DNA of 64,000 nucleotides, taken from assembly GCA_043228905.1 (NCBI GenBank), contig JBHGNT010000022.1, forward strand, positions 5,456,001-5,520,000. Reading direction: 5' to 3'. The notes under the pieces were generated by a model. That model did no database searches and was not told the origin of the DNA. It saw only the letters and a list, made by a program, of their open reading frames with translations. This stretch comes from Azolla caroliniana. Lineage: Eukaryota; Plantae; Polypodiophyta. The position numbers and the translations under genes were made by a program. The first letter of the stretch is position 1. Each line of letters starts with the position of its first letter. Positions 9,201 to 19,703 of this stretch are shown piece by piece.

Positions 9201-11557
9201 AAGAAGACGAAAATGATACCGGAACCGGCCCCGATCCCGAAATGGATTCGGATGAAGAAGAATCGGAAGAACCGGTTACCGAAGCTCCGGAACGGAGATA
9301 TCCTCTAAGAGAGAGAAGGGCCCCCCGGAGATTTCCGGAACCAGAGCACGTGCTGCTAACCGACGAGGGGGAGCCGGAGAGCTTTGAAGAAGCAAAACAT
9401 GACACCCAGAGCCGCAGGTGGTTGAGTGCCATGCAGGACGAGATGGATTCCCTGCATGAGAACCACACATATGAACTTGTGGAGTTGCCGAAAGGAAAGC
9501 GGGCACTTCGAAACAAGTGGGTGTTCAAGCTGAAACCGGGAGATGCCGGAAACCCCCCGAGATACAAAGCCAGGATCGTGGTGAAGGGGTTTCAGCAGAA
9601 GAAGGGCGTCGACTTCGACGAGATATTTGCCCCGGTAGTGAAGATGACCTCCATCCGGACGGTGCTGAGCATAGCGGCAAGCATGGACCTCGAGGTAGAA
9701 CAGATGGACGTGAAGACGGCATTCCTTCACGGTGACCTCGATGAAGAGATCTACATGCAGCAACCGGAAGGATTCGAGAAGAAAGGGAAGGAGCACCTGG
9801 TATGCCGGTTGAAGAAGAGCCTTTACGGACTGAAGCAGGCTCCCCGGCAATGGTACCGGAAGTTCGACTCCTTCATGACCGACGAAGGGTACCTCAAAAC
9901 ACAGTCCGACCACTGCGTGTTTGTGAAGAAGTTCGAAGGAGGAGACTCTCTAATACTCCTCCTGTACGTGGACGACATGTTGATCGTCGGACGGGATCAG
10001 GTCAAGATACGGATGCTGAAGAAGGCTCTTCACCGAACCTTCTCAATGAAGGACCTGGGTCCGGCGAGGCAAATACTAGGGATGCACATCATCCGGGACC
10101 GGAAGAAGAAGCAGTTGTGGCTGTCACAGGAGAAGTACGTGACGAAGGTGCTTCACCGGTTCAACATGTCGGAAGCAAGACCGGTCGGATCGACCCTCCC
10201 GACAAACTGCAAGCTGTCCAGCAAGCAAAGTCCCAAGACAAAGGCTGAAAAGGAGGATATGATGAAAGTACCGTATGCCTCAGCTGTCGGGAGCTTGATG
10301 TACGCCATGGTGTGTACGAGACCGGACATCGGATATGCAGTCGGAGTGGTGAGCCGGTACATGAGCAATCCCGGCAAAGAGCATTGGAACGCGGCCAAGT
10401 GGATACTCCGATACCTGAAGGGCACGGCAAACGTGTGCCTCCGATTCGGCTCCGGAAAGCCCGAACTCGACGGCTTTACCGATTCGGATATGTCGGCTGA
10501 TGCAGATACCAGCCGGTCCACATCAGGGTATGTGATGACGTATGCAGGGGGAGCTGTTTCCTGGCAGTCGAGGCTGCAGAAGACGGTTGCGTTGTCAACC
10601 ACGGAGGCGGAGTACATGGCGGCTGTTGAAGCCGGCAAGGAAATAATATGGATGAAGGACTTCATTAGAGAGCTCGGTATCCAACAGGAGGAGTACCGAC
10701 TCTACTGCGACAGTCAGAGTGCAATCCACCTTGCGAAGAACGCGGCCTATCACTCCCGGACGAAGCACATCCAGCGAAGATATCACTGGATCCGGGAAAG
10801 GATAGAAGACAAGGAGTTCGTGCTGACAAAGATCCACACGGACGAGAACGGGTCGGATATGCTGACCAAGGTGCTCACACCCGACAAGCTGGAAGCATGC
10901 CGGAAGAGGATCGGATTGGAGAGACATCCCATGCCGAAGTGAAGGGGGAGTTTGTTGGGATTACGGTCCCTTCGGATGGGATGGTCGGATATCGGAGTTG
11001 AATGCCGACAAGCCCGGTTTCGGTTTCGGATCCGGATGACGAAGACCCCGGTTTCGGTACCGGATGACGAATGTACCCGGAGAGCGATCCGGATGCAGGG
11101 ACATATCCGTGAATATGTTCGCTATGGGCCCCTGAGGCTACAGTTGTAAATAGCCCAAAGTCATATAAGTATAAATATGACTTAGGGCAAACAGTTTTAC
11201 TGTTGCTTCTCATTTTTTTTGTTTTTCCACTTTAGAGGAGTGAAGAGAGAGCAGCCGTGAGAGAGATAGAGCGCGAGAGAGGAAGAGGTAGACGCCTCTG
11301 TGTATTTCCGCCGCCTGTGGCGAGGACAGCGAGCTCAAGGTCGTCGCCTTGCAGCTCGCCATTGTATACTTCTCTGTATAGTGTTGGTTTGGAGTCTTGT
11401 ACTCCCGTGGTTTTTCCCGTCTAGGGTTTTCCACGTTAATCCCTGTGTACTCGCGTTTTTTGTTTCTCCGTGTGGTTCCTATTTTCTGCTGCATTGATTC
11501 GCGATTACTCGGTTGTGGCCGAGTGGTGAAGGTGAATCGAAGCGTCGATTCCCAACA
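6235..11557 (+). mobile_element. Intact Ty1/copia LTR retrotransposon, family A copy 1, inserted in the gypsy gag
   Basis: LTRs 6235-6838 and 10953-11557 differ by ~3 substitutions and 1 poly-T indel; TSD caagg (6230-6234 / 11558-11562); tRNA-iMet PBS tggtatcagagc at 6842-6853; PPT gaagggggag at 10941-10950. Confidence 0.98.
6869..10942 (+). CDS. Copia gag-pol polyprotein (Gag, CCHC, protease, GAG-pre-integrase, integrase, RT, RNase H), 1357 aa, uninterrupted
   Basis: CFHCGKPGHFRKNC; WVVDSGAS; LWHKRLCH; HTDVC / RADNGGEY / NGLAERMN; QMDVKTAFLHG; LLLYVDDML; DSDMS...AEYMA...CDSQSAI. ATG lies 15 nt after the PBS. Confidence 0.97.
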   Translation: MEGGGSGQPGMMVLNAQNYADWKIKMEDLLIVRDLYEPIDRSEIPKGVLESEWRLLNRKAVATIRQYVDVSVLQHVANDTNAYEMWRKLSGLYERKNALNRTSLMRKIVNLKYRDGESMVEHVSTFMGFVNQLAAIKFPLEDAMQAIILMCTLPESWENLVVTLSTSCAEDNLSLQTVKTSILNEEARRRDKEPASDPKMLFTESDRGRQWNRSPQRREKSGTRSQSRGRPTCFHCGKPGHFRKNCRHYRKDNGTDNTDSKKSPERNGAYRGATDRRGPDRRGQDRKGTTALAASEEEIMLITEEGELNIAGDETTWVVDSGASFHLTPERRYFSSYTAGEHGCVRMGNEGTCRIAGIGDVWLTTPTGCKMLLKNVRHVPEVRLNLISAGRLDDEGYTGSIRNGVMKFSKGSLIVARARKVNTLYLMNAWLCPEELNVAADTAGELWHKRLCHMSEKGMKRLAKDNLIPVKHVHLEKCTDCLAGKQNRASFHSRPPKRRSVPLELVHTDVCQVETKSHGGAQYFVTFIDDHSRKLWTAPMKTKDQVLCVFKELHARVERESGKKLKAIRADNGGEYRGQFQEYCRSKGIRLEFTMPKTPELNGLAERMNRTIMERVRSMLAHAKLPKGFWAEAMSTATYVINRSPSVPLDGDTPQRVWTGREVSYRHLKVFGCLAYVHVAKDRRGKLDPKTRPCIFLGYGDDEFGYRVWDPVDKKIFRSRDIIFMEDKTLADWESEKKMKSSKSTGEDKLYEEQSRPARDRLALEDPAEDGEETEPVEEDENDTGTGPDPEMDSDEEESEEPVTEAPERRYPLRERRAPRRFPEPEHVLLTDEGEPESFEEAKHDTQSRRWLSAMQDEMDSLHENHTYELVELPKGKRALRNKWVFKLKPGDAGNPPRYKARIVVKGFQQKKGVDFDEIFAPVVKMTSIRTVLSIAASMDLEVEQMDVKTAFLHGDLDEEIYMQQPEGFEKKGKEHLVCRLKKSLYGLKQAPRQWYRKFDSFMTDEGYLKTQSDHCVFVKKFEGGDSLILLLYVDDMLIVGRDQVKIRMLKKALHRTFSMKDLGPARQILGMHIIRDRKKKQLWLSQEKYVTKVLHRFNMSEARPVGSTLPTNCKLSSKQSPKTKAEKEDMMKVPYASAVGSLMYAMVCTRPDIGYAVGVVSRYMSNPGKEHWNAAKWILRYLKGTANVCLRFGSGKPELDGFTDSDMSADADTSRSTSGYVMTYAGGAVSWQSRLQKTVALSTTEAEYMAAVEAGKEIIWMKDFIRELGIQQEEYRLYCDSQSAIHLAKNAAYHSRTKHIQRRYHWIRERIEDKEFVLTKIHTDENGSDMLTKVLTPDKLEACRKRIGLERHPMPK

Positions 11558-11562
11558 CAAGG

Positions 11563-14500
11563 ATTATCGTGGACATCCGAGTTACGCCAAAGGGGGTCAG
11601 CGCTACGAGAATCAACAGCTGACAAAGAAACGGGGCGGCTTCAATGGTTATCATGGTAAGCCACGGCAATATCAACATCACCGGCGTTACGACGAAAGCT
11701 CGGGGGATCAGCTGCACCAAGAACAACGATGGGACCAACAGCAGCCACCGCGTACATTCCGATAAACGAGGCCGGACCGCGAGGAGCAAGTAGCACCTAC
11801 GGAGCGGCACACACCACCAGGAGCCGAGAAGGGTGAATCAAGCATCCATTGTTTTATTTGTCAGCAACCCGGACATTATGCCACGCAATGCCCAACACGC
11901 AAGGGAAAGGGGCCCACTGTCAATACGATTACGGCGGAAGTGCAGCAAGTCACGACACGCCAACAAACAAAAACAGTTGATTGGGTTGCGCAAGACGGGG
12001 TACGCCGACATGCCCAAGCGTGGCTGGAAAAAGCAAACGTAACAAATACAGAATGTATGCGGAAGGAGTCCGCGAACACAATGGAGCAAGCAGAGGACGA
12101 AAGACCGGTCCCAGACCCCATTTGACAGGCGTTAGCGGGCTGTGAGATAACGTTAATCATGGAGAAACTGCTGCAGCTAGTCCCACACTTCCGCCAGACC
12201 ATGGAAGAACGGGTGACAGGCATAGCCGGGGTGAATATCGCTACAAACCTTACTGACGTTAGCAATGGACCACCGGTAGTGGATCAGCACAACCTGACTA
12301 TTACATTAATATTACACGGATAGGAAATTCCTGGATGTGTAATCGACGGCGGCTCAGGCGTCAATGTAATTAGCGCAAAAACTTGCGAGCAGTTAGGCAT
12401 TTCAGAATGGGAGACTTGCCCATTCTGGCTCTGAATGGCAGATACCCGCTCAGTACGACCGTTAGGGTTAATTCGCAAAATAGGCATTATCGTGGGCGGA
12501 CACCGATTCAACATCTCGGCGGTCGTCCTCGCATTGGACGCCCTAGGGGTGTACCCAGTGCTTCTGGGCACACCATGGCTTCGGGCAACAAATATCAAGC
12601 AGAGCTGGCAACACAAGTGTATTAGTTTCCGACACGGATGCACGAAGGTTCGCGTACCTATGGAAGGAAGCACGCCACAACCGAAGGGTATAACACCATT
12701 ATACGCAGAAGATATAAATATGTTGGTTGGGGTGGAGGATGCAAAATTAGAGGCATACCTCGACGAGCACCCTCGGATTATTCCGTTGTTTGAAATAGAC
12801 GTCATCGCAACCGCGGCAGAATATGCCACGACCACTGTTCTCCACGATGAGCCTTACGAACCAAACCCAGAGTCCATATTGGAACTCAGCAGAGCACGGG
12901 CGGCATTCGAAAGGGAAATGGAGATTTCACGACGAGTCACCACTTCCGCCCTCGAAGAAGTAAATATGGGTACGGAATCGGAGCCTCGTTTCCTCTCCAT
13001 CGCAAAGGAATTAAGGCCGAACCAGCAAAAAACGATGATCGCGCGCTACTCACAGAATATAAGGATGTGTTCGCTTGGGTTCATGAGGACATGAAGGGGT
13101 TAGATCCCAAGTTCTATCAGCATAAGATCAATTTAGCAACCGACGCGAAACCCGTCCAACAGCGCCGCTACCGCATGAACCCGAACTACGCGACCCACGT
13201 GAAAGAAGAACTTGACAAACTCCTGAAGGCAGGGTTCATACGACTAGTTAAACAAGCAACATGGTTAAGCCCGATAGTGGTTGTTCCAAAGAAAAACGGC
13301 AAAATACGGGTATGTGTAGATTATGGAAAATTAAACACCGTCACCATTACGGACGCATTTCCCTTACACTTCACCGATAGCGTACTGGACGCCGTCGCAG
13401 GCCATGAGATGTACAGTTTTTTAGATGGCTTCAGTGGCTATAACCAGGTACGCATGCATCCCGAGGACCAAGAAAAGACGGCATTTTTCACGGACTGGGG
13501 AGTATATGTGGCAATCGTCATGATGTTCGGGCTAAAGACGGCGCTGGCAACATTTCAACAGACAATTACGGAGATCTTTGGGGAATACATTCCGGCGTTC
13601 ATGCAAGTTTTTTTAGATGACTTTGCGGTATATGGGAGAACAATAGACCATTTTTCGCACTTACAACTGTGCCTGGAACGTTGCCGCACCACACGCTTAA
13701 GCCTGAATCCCGCGAAATGTGCTTTCGGTGTGACCAATGGGACTCTCTTGGGCCATATAGTCAGCAAGGAGGGAATAGCGGTTGACCCGAACAAAATCTC
13801 CACGATTACGCAAGCCAACACTCTGACAAACGCCAAATCACTCAACCGGTTTTTGGGACAAATACGGTGGCATAGTCGGATGATACGGTATTTGGCGGAC
13901 TTCGCCGTTACATGTTGTCGTACATCGGACTCCTTTCCAATGGACTACAACGGAGGATAAGGCCTACGAGGCACTTAAGATAATGCTCACACAGGCTCCC
14001 GTCATACAACCACCAGTTTGGGCAAAGCCATTCCACGTGTTCGTCGACACCTCGGACATAGCAATAGGAAGTGCACTAATGCAGCTCACCGAACCAAGTC
14101 GGTACCGGCCAGTATACTACGCTAGTCGCAAATTATCAACAACAGAGCATAAGTACTCCACAACGGAGCGGGAGGCACTAGGGATGATCTATAGCATCAA
14201 TAAATTCCGGCACTATTTATTAGGAAGGAAATTCACGTTCCACATGGATCATTCGGCGCTACTGTATTCGGTGGAGAAACAAGCCTTGACAGGGAAATTG
14301 GCACGGTGGAAGCTGTTGCTCCAGGAATTCGATTTCGTAATCCAACACCGACTAGGGACGCAACACGCAGTGGCGGATTTTTTGAGCAGACTCGAGGATG
14401 GAGAAACAGTACAGAAAGATGACGACGATTTTCCGGACGCCGATATCCTGCGGGTAGCGACACTAGCAGAAAGAACGGAATCGACCTTTCCAGAACGGTG

Positions 14501-15808
14501 GCTTATGGAAATGACGTACTTTTTGACTACGGGACTACCTCCACCACAATTACGCACGGACGAGAAGAAAAGACTAGCCATCCGAAGCCGTCACTTCTGC
14601 CTCGTCGAAGGCGTTTATATCACAAAGGAAGTGACGGCATTTGGCGACGTGGGGTACGGCAAGATGAGAAGCAAGCAGTTTTACGGGAGGCACACTGCGG
14701 CACGGCAGGCGGCCATTACGCAGGCGATGTTACAGCTCGGAAAGTATGGCAGGTGGGCCTATGGTGGCCAACAACGTAGAAGGACGCATCCACGTATTGT
14801 AGAAAGTGTGATTTGTGTCAACGGATGGGACAACCCACAGAGGGCGCAAGGATGCCACACCAGCCCGTATTACCGCTAGACTCCTTCCAAAAGTGGGGAT
14901 TGGATTTTCTGGGGCCCTTCACACCAGCGGCAGCCCGTACGAGCAATAAATACATATTGGTAGCCACGGATTATTGCACAAAATGGGTAGAAGCAAAGGC
15001 ACTACGTGAAAATACGGCGGCCATCACAGCCAGATTCCTTTACGGGCACATCTGGTGCCGGTTTGGCTGTCCGATTGAGCTTATCAGTGACCAAGGGAGC
15101 CACTTTCTCAATACGGTTGTTCGAGAATTAACACATCATTACGTCATAGTCCATAAGAAGAGTACTCCATATTATCCGCAGGCGAATGGATTAGCAGAAT
15201 CCACCAACAAGACGTTGCAGACCATTTTGAAGAAAATCGTCAATGAAAATAGAACGGACTGGGATACCAAACTACAGAGTGCGTTATGGGCGTACAGAAC
15301 CAGCTACAAAACAAGCATACAGTCAACACTGTTTCGACTAGCGTTTGGGCTGGAGGCTGTGATGTCGGTCGAATTTGAGGTACCTAGTTTGCGAATTTAG
15401 GTACGGAACAGACTATCAGAAGCCAAGTCGGAGGAAGTACGGCTCCACCAACTCCTCGAACTAGGAGAAAAACGCGTCCACAGCATAGCTATGTTGGAAC
15501 AGGAACAACGACGGCGTAAAGCGTTTGTTGATTGACATCGGAACGCAAGGGAAAAGGAGTTCTCCGTGGGTCGAGCAGTGGTGGTTTTCCAAACTCGCAT
15601 GGGCCATATGCCGGGGAAGTTACGATTCCGCTGAACCGGCCCATACTGGATAATTGGAGCGGAACAAGGCACGTTCCAACTAGGTACGCTGGCCGGGGAA
15701 GTAGTCCGGCAAAAGGTGAATGGGTTTCGGTTCAAACCTTACCTGGGCCCTACGCCACCTAACCCATTCATCGCCGAACAGGACAGAGCCGGAGAACCCG
15801 CACCGTAA
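11563..15808 (+). pseudogene. Gypsy gag 3' end + pol (protease, RT, RNase H, integrase) with several stops and frameshifts
   Basis: Protease VIDGGSGVNVI (~12340); RT SFLDGFSGYNQV / FLDDFAVY; RNase H FVDTSDIAIG / EREALGM; integrase KWGLDFLGP / ISDQGSHF / ANGLAESTN; GPY motif near 15637. Confidence 0.95.
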
Positions 15809-15965
15809 ATGAGCGGCCCCACTTGTACCATAATGTATAAATAGGTTGTAGATAACCATTACGAAAAAAGAAAAAAAAGAAAGAAAAAAAACGGGAGAAC
15901 ATAACGACTATTAAAACAACTAAAGACATGCACAAACTCCTAGTTCAAGAACACGCGGCACCACG

Positions 15966-17905
15966 ATGGCTCACCGCCCAATGAACCCTAAGCCACAAAA
16001 AGAAGGAAACAGAAGATTTTCTACACAAAACAGAAACTCATCTTCTAACTATCAACGCTTCCATCGCTCCTCCCCCTCACCTTCTCCTCCATCCTATCAC
16101 ACAGCTACAACCCACTGCAACCACCAGTCTCCTTCCCACGAACCTCCTCTAGCGATGACGATCTTCATCTCTACTGCCTTATGCCGATGGCTCATGGAGA
16201 AATGCTTGGATGGGTACATTCGGGTCGCAGAAACACCCCCACACTCGGATGCCATGGACATCGCCAGGACACTTAACATCGACACGATCACCAACTCCTC
16301 CATCCGGAAGAAGTTGGACCTGTCATCGCTAGGCGAAAGGCATTTTGACATCCCTCCTACAGACACGCTACAGCGATATTTCGGGCCATATTCCTCCTCC
16401 GCCAAGGCCTATAGAATGAAGCAGATTCCGGATCCCTTCTTCCGTGAAGTTGCCAAGTTCCTGCTAGAAGTCGAGTGCGTACATGTCAACGCATATGGGA
16501 TGCCTAAGCAGAAGGCAGGCACCATTATCGATACCTTTGAGTGGGGATGGAGATACCCCCATTAAACACGGCCCTAGTCGAAGTCCATTGGGAACTGGCA
16601 AAGGTCAGGACGGGCGCCAAGGAAATGGCCATAAAAAATAAGAATGTCTGGAAGAAGGTGAAATTGACCCAAGTTGAACTACAAAAAGCTAATGAACGCA
16701 TCGCAGAGTTGGAAGCTCACACGGCTACGGCGCAACACGCAACTCCGCCACCAAACCAAGCCATCGACGCTTTAAAGGAAGAAATTGAGGCTCAGACCGC
16801 CATCGCCTCAAAAGCGAAAAGGGTCGTGCAACTAGCGGAATCAGAAATTAACCGCCTTCGAGCGGAACTACGCCAATCCTCAGACAAAGAAAAGGAGAGA
16901 CGGGCTAACGGCCGGAAGGCAGTAAAAACCCTTGAAGAGAAACTCACTACGGAGGTAGCTCAGCACATCCGGACAAAAGACGACAACGCCCAATTATGGG
17001 AGGACGCGAAGAAATCGGAGGCGGCAATCGCGGGACTCTGGGCCTGATTAGAAAAAAAGAAGGTATGGTTCGACGAGCAGTTGGTGGTCGAACAAGACAG
17101 AAGGCATCAGCTCGAAATCCGCCTAAACAATGAAATGGGGAAATTAGAAGAACAACGTGCAAAGGAATCCCAGTTGTGGACGGGCCTGAAGGCCACGTAC
17201 GAAGAAGCGGCGGCGGTTAATCAGCAAGAAATCGCAAATCTCCAGAAGTCGATGGAAGATGCACGCAACCGTTGCCAAGCCATCACAGATAACGTGTGTA
17301 TCCTTCTCCAAACAAATCGGGAGAGGTTCACAACGCAATTGAAAATGGCGTTGGACAAAGGATGGATGGCGTGGGCAACCCAAGCAGCGGAATTGCACGC
17401 GTATCGTGCAGACTGGGAGAACCGGCGAAAAGACGACCGAGGTTTCTATAAACTAAATGAGGAAAGCATTGCGGGCATACGAGAGGACCTAGCACAAGAC
17501 TATCGTGCGCTAGCGGACCAACACTCCGAAGAACTCGCACAGCTCTTAGATGATTTTGGTGAAAGCCAGGAGGAGCTATTTCACCATATCACACAAGCCG
17601 GCAACACGCACACAAACGAGGAATCCAACGCGACGCCAATTCCGGGCACGGCCGAAGAAGAGGAACCTCAGGCCCGATCACCAGAAATGACAACGATGGA
17701 GAACAGAGCGGACCGACGAGCAGAGTCCCCCACAGGACCAGACAGCGAAACCACTGCACAAGAGGAGGTTCATCTGCACGAGCCCATGCTATCATCGGGC
17801 CACACGGAGGACGGTGCGGGCCAGGCGGACTCTCCGCCCCACTCCCCGGAACGTACAAAAACGGCCGACACCACGGACGACGTAACAATAGAGGCAGAGT
17901 CGTAG
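15966..17905 (+). pseudogene. Extra ORF 3' of integrase, ~600 aa, coiled-coil rich with acidic tail, function unknown
   Basis: Three consecutive ORF pieces (199, 168, 274 aa). The last two are in one frame, separated by a single TGA at 17045-17047; frameshift near 16540-16565. Confidence 0.7.
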
Positions 17906-18168
17906 CCGATTGCAAGCACGACAACGGCAGAGCCCAACCCACTAGCTCAAGAAGAGCCCATCGTACCCGGACTGCCCACACATGGCGATTGAGACTCCGG
18001 GAGAAACTAGCCCGACCAAATAGGGGAGCCACACCACGATGCACCTACGGGCCCTACGTCACCTCCGAACGCGGACACCGCAGCAGAGCCAAACATCCGG
18101 GCCATTTTGGAAGAGGATTAACGGGATGGGTCCGACGTGCCAGGGCACTGTCCCACAGGCGTGCCAGG

Positions 18169-18607
18169 TGTTGTCCGCCGGAATAGTAACCGACGGACAA
18201 GAGCGTAGGAATAAGAAATAATATAAGATCATAACGCATGTAACGGTTCACACAGGAAGCATGAACGGCAAAATTGACCCTACGTATATAAAGGGCAGAA
18301 AACCTCTGATAGAGGGAGCGTGTAATTTTGTGAATGTAAGAAACGTCTCATAATAGAATTCTATCTTCTCTGATTCTCTGTGTATAGCTACGGCTAATCC
18401 ACTGTGTATATCTTGAAGACCTAAGCGTGTAAGAACATAAGTGTAACCTTTGCTAAGGATTCGGTTGTAGCCGTCTCCCTTATACGCTGATAGGTTACAA
18501 GGAACATTCCCCTATGCATTACGCTTAGACGCCTATTCGTTGTTCCACAACCACCTGGAGGTCTAGGTCGAAGGACTGACCGCGGACCGTGTTCCTAATC
18601 GGCAACA
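18169..18607 (+). repeat. 3' LTR of the gypsy element
   Basis: Direct repeat of 4634-5072, followed by TSD ctcat. Confidence 0.95.
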
Positions 18608-18621
18608 CTCATATTATCATA

Positions 18622-18690
18622 GGCTATCTTAATGGTTAGGTTCTTGCCTTGATTGTGTATTACAAGGTCTTGGGTTCAAGCCCAGGTATC
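18622..18690 (+). other. Possible degenerate tRNA-derived (SINE-like) head
   Basis: tatcttaatggttagg (A-box-like) and gggttcaagccc (B-box / T-arm-like) at tRNA-like spacing. Confidence 0.3.
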
Positions 18691-19459
18691 CATGACAACC
18701 CCCGGAAGTAACACTTTGTTCACATATTAGCCAAAAACCATAGGAGAGTAACTAACATGCATCTTCCATTTCACAATCGCACATAAAGTGGCCATGCATC
18801 TAACATTTAGCTTCTATATCACAATTTACTGCACATAGATGAGCACTCATTTCTATGTAATGTAAGAATGAGCTAGGGTAGATACATAATCACTAGATGT
18901 TTGGAAAACAAGCGAAATATCTTGTGAGATATGCGGAATGTGGTTGAAGAGCTCTTGCAACGACAAGAGTTACCTCACTAATTGTAGACATTGGCACCGC
19001 CATCTATATGTTTGTCTATTCACAAACAACATACGTAGAAGAAAAGAAAACTTCTTGGCTCCCTCGACTATATGGAACCGTTGCTCTGATAAACACAGTT
19101 GGAGGGAGAAAAAAGAAATACACAATAGAAAAGACACACCAAAAACACAAGCACACAACATACCTTTTTGGTAGCATGGGCTTTTGCATCACACTTTTGG
19201 CCAATTCATACTTGACCTATTTTAGAGGATATTATGTTTTTGGCCTTTCACACTGTATAACAATTCTTTTTGAGATACCTCTAGGATTTTTAGATTATTT
19301 TTTTCCGAAATGTCTAAGCTATGTAAGGGCAAGGGACATCGAATGGAGCATAGAAACAAAATGATCAGAAGAGAAGATGCGAGAGTGTGATGAGATTGAT
19401 GATGGGACCTCAAGTGTATTTGGGGGGAAGAAAATTTTGGGCATCATATAATCACAACA

Positions 19460-19640
19460 CGTACATACATGCATACATATACATACATACACATACATAC
19501 ATCACATAAGACAAACATATATAAATACATACATACATTACATAGATCACATATAATACAAACATATATAAAGACATACGTACTTACATACATACATCAT
19601 GCATGCATGCATGTATATATACAAGTTTACATACATACAT
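19460..19640. repeat. (ACAT)n-type low-complexity tract upstream of the host gene
   Basis: Repeated catacatac / atatata. Confidence 0.8.
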
Positions 19641-19703
19641 GAAATACAGAGAACATATGGAGAAATAGACGTGGCGAGGTGGCGAGGTTGAGGAAGGAAG
19701 GAT

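Larger units (their letters stand above)
4634..18607 (+). mobile_element. Full-length Ty3/gypsy LTR retrotransposon, non-chromovirus type (gag-PR-RT-RH-INT plus extra ORF), decayed, containing nested copia A1
   Basis: 439-bp LTRs TGTTG...CAACA at 4634-5072 and 18169-18607, ~21 substitutions by eye (~95% identical); perfect 5-bp TSD ctcat (4629-4633 / 18608-18612); gypsy domain order; no chromodomain or second RNase H seen. Confidence 0.95.

Noticed and set aside
6922-10927. Many antisense and alternate-frame ORFs repeated in all three family A copies
   Set aside because: These are shadows of a GC-rich pol ORF; their recurrence only reflects near-identical copies.
15966-17905. Retroviral env gene
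   Set aside because: No evident signal peptide or C-terminal transmembrane anchor; kept only as an extra ORF of unknown function.
4634-18607. Element simply oriented on the minus strand, with 18150-18166 as its only PBS
   Set aside because: gag-pol and the LTR TATA box are on the + strand, and there is no PPT next to the left LTR on the minus strand either.
18622-18690. Functional tRNA gene (also 2002-2061)
   Set aside because: Only A/B-box-like motifs are present; acceptor and anticodon stems cannot be formed convincingly.
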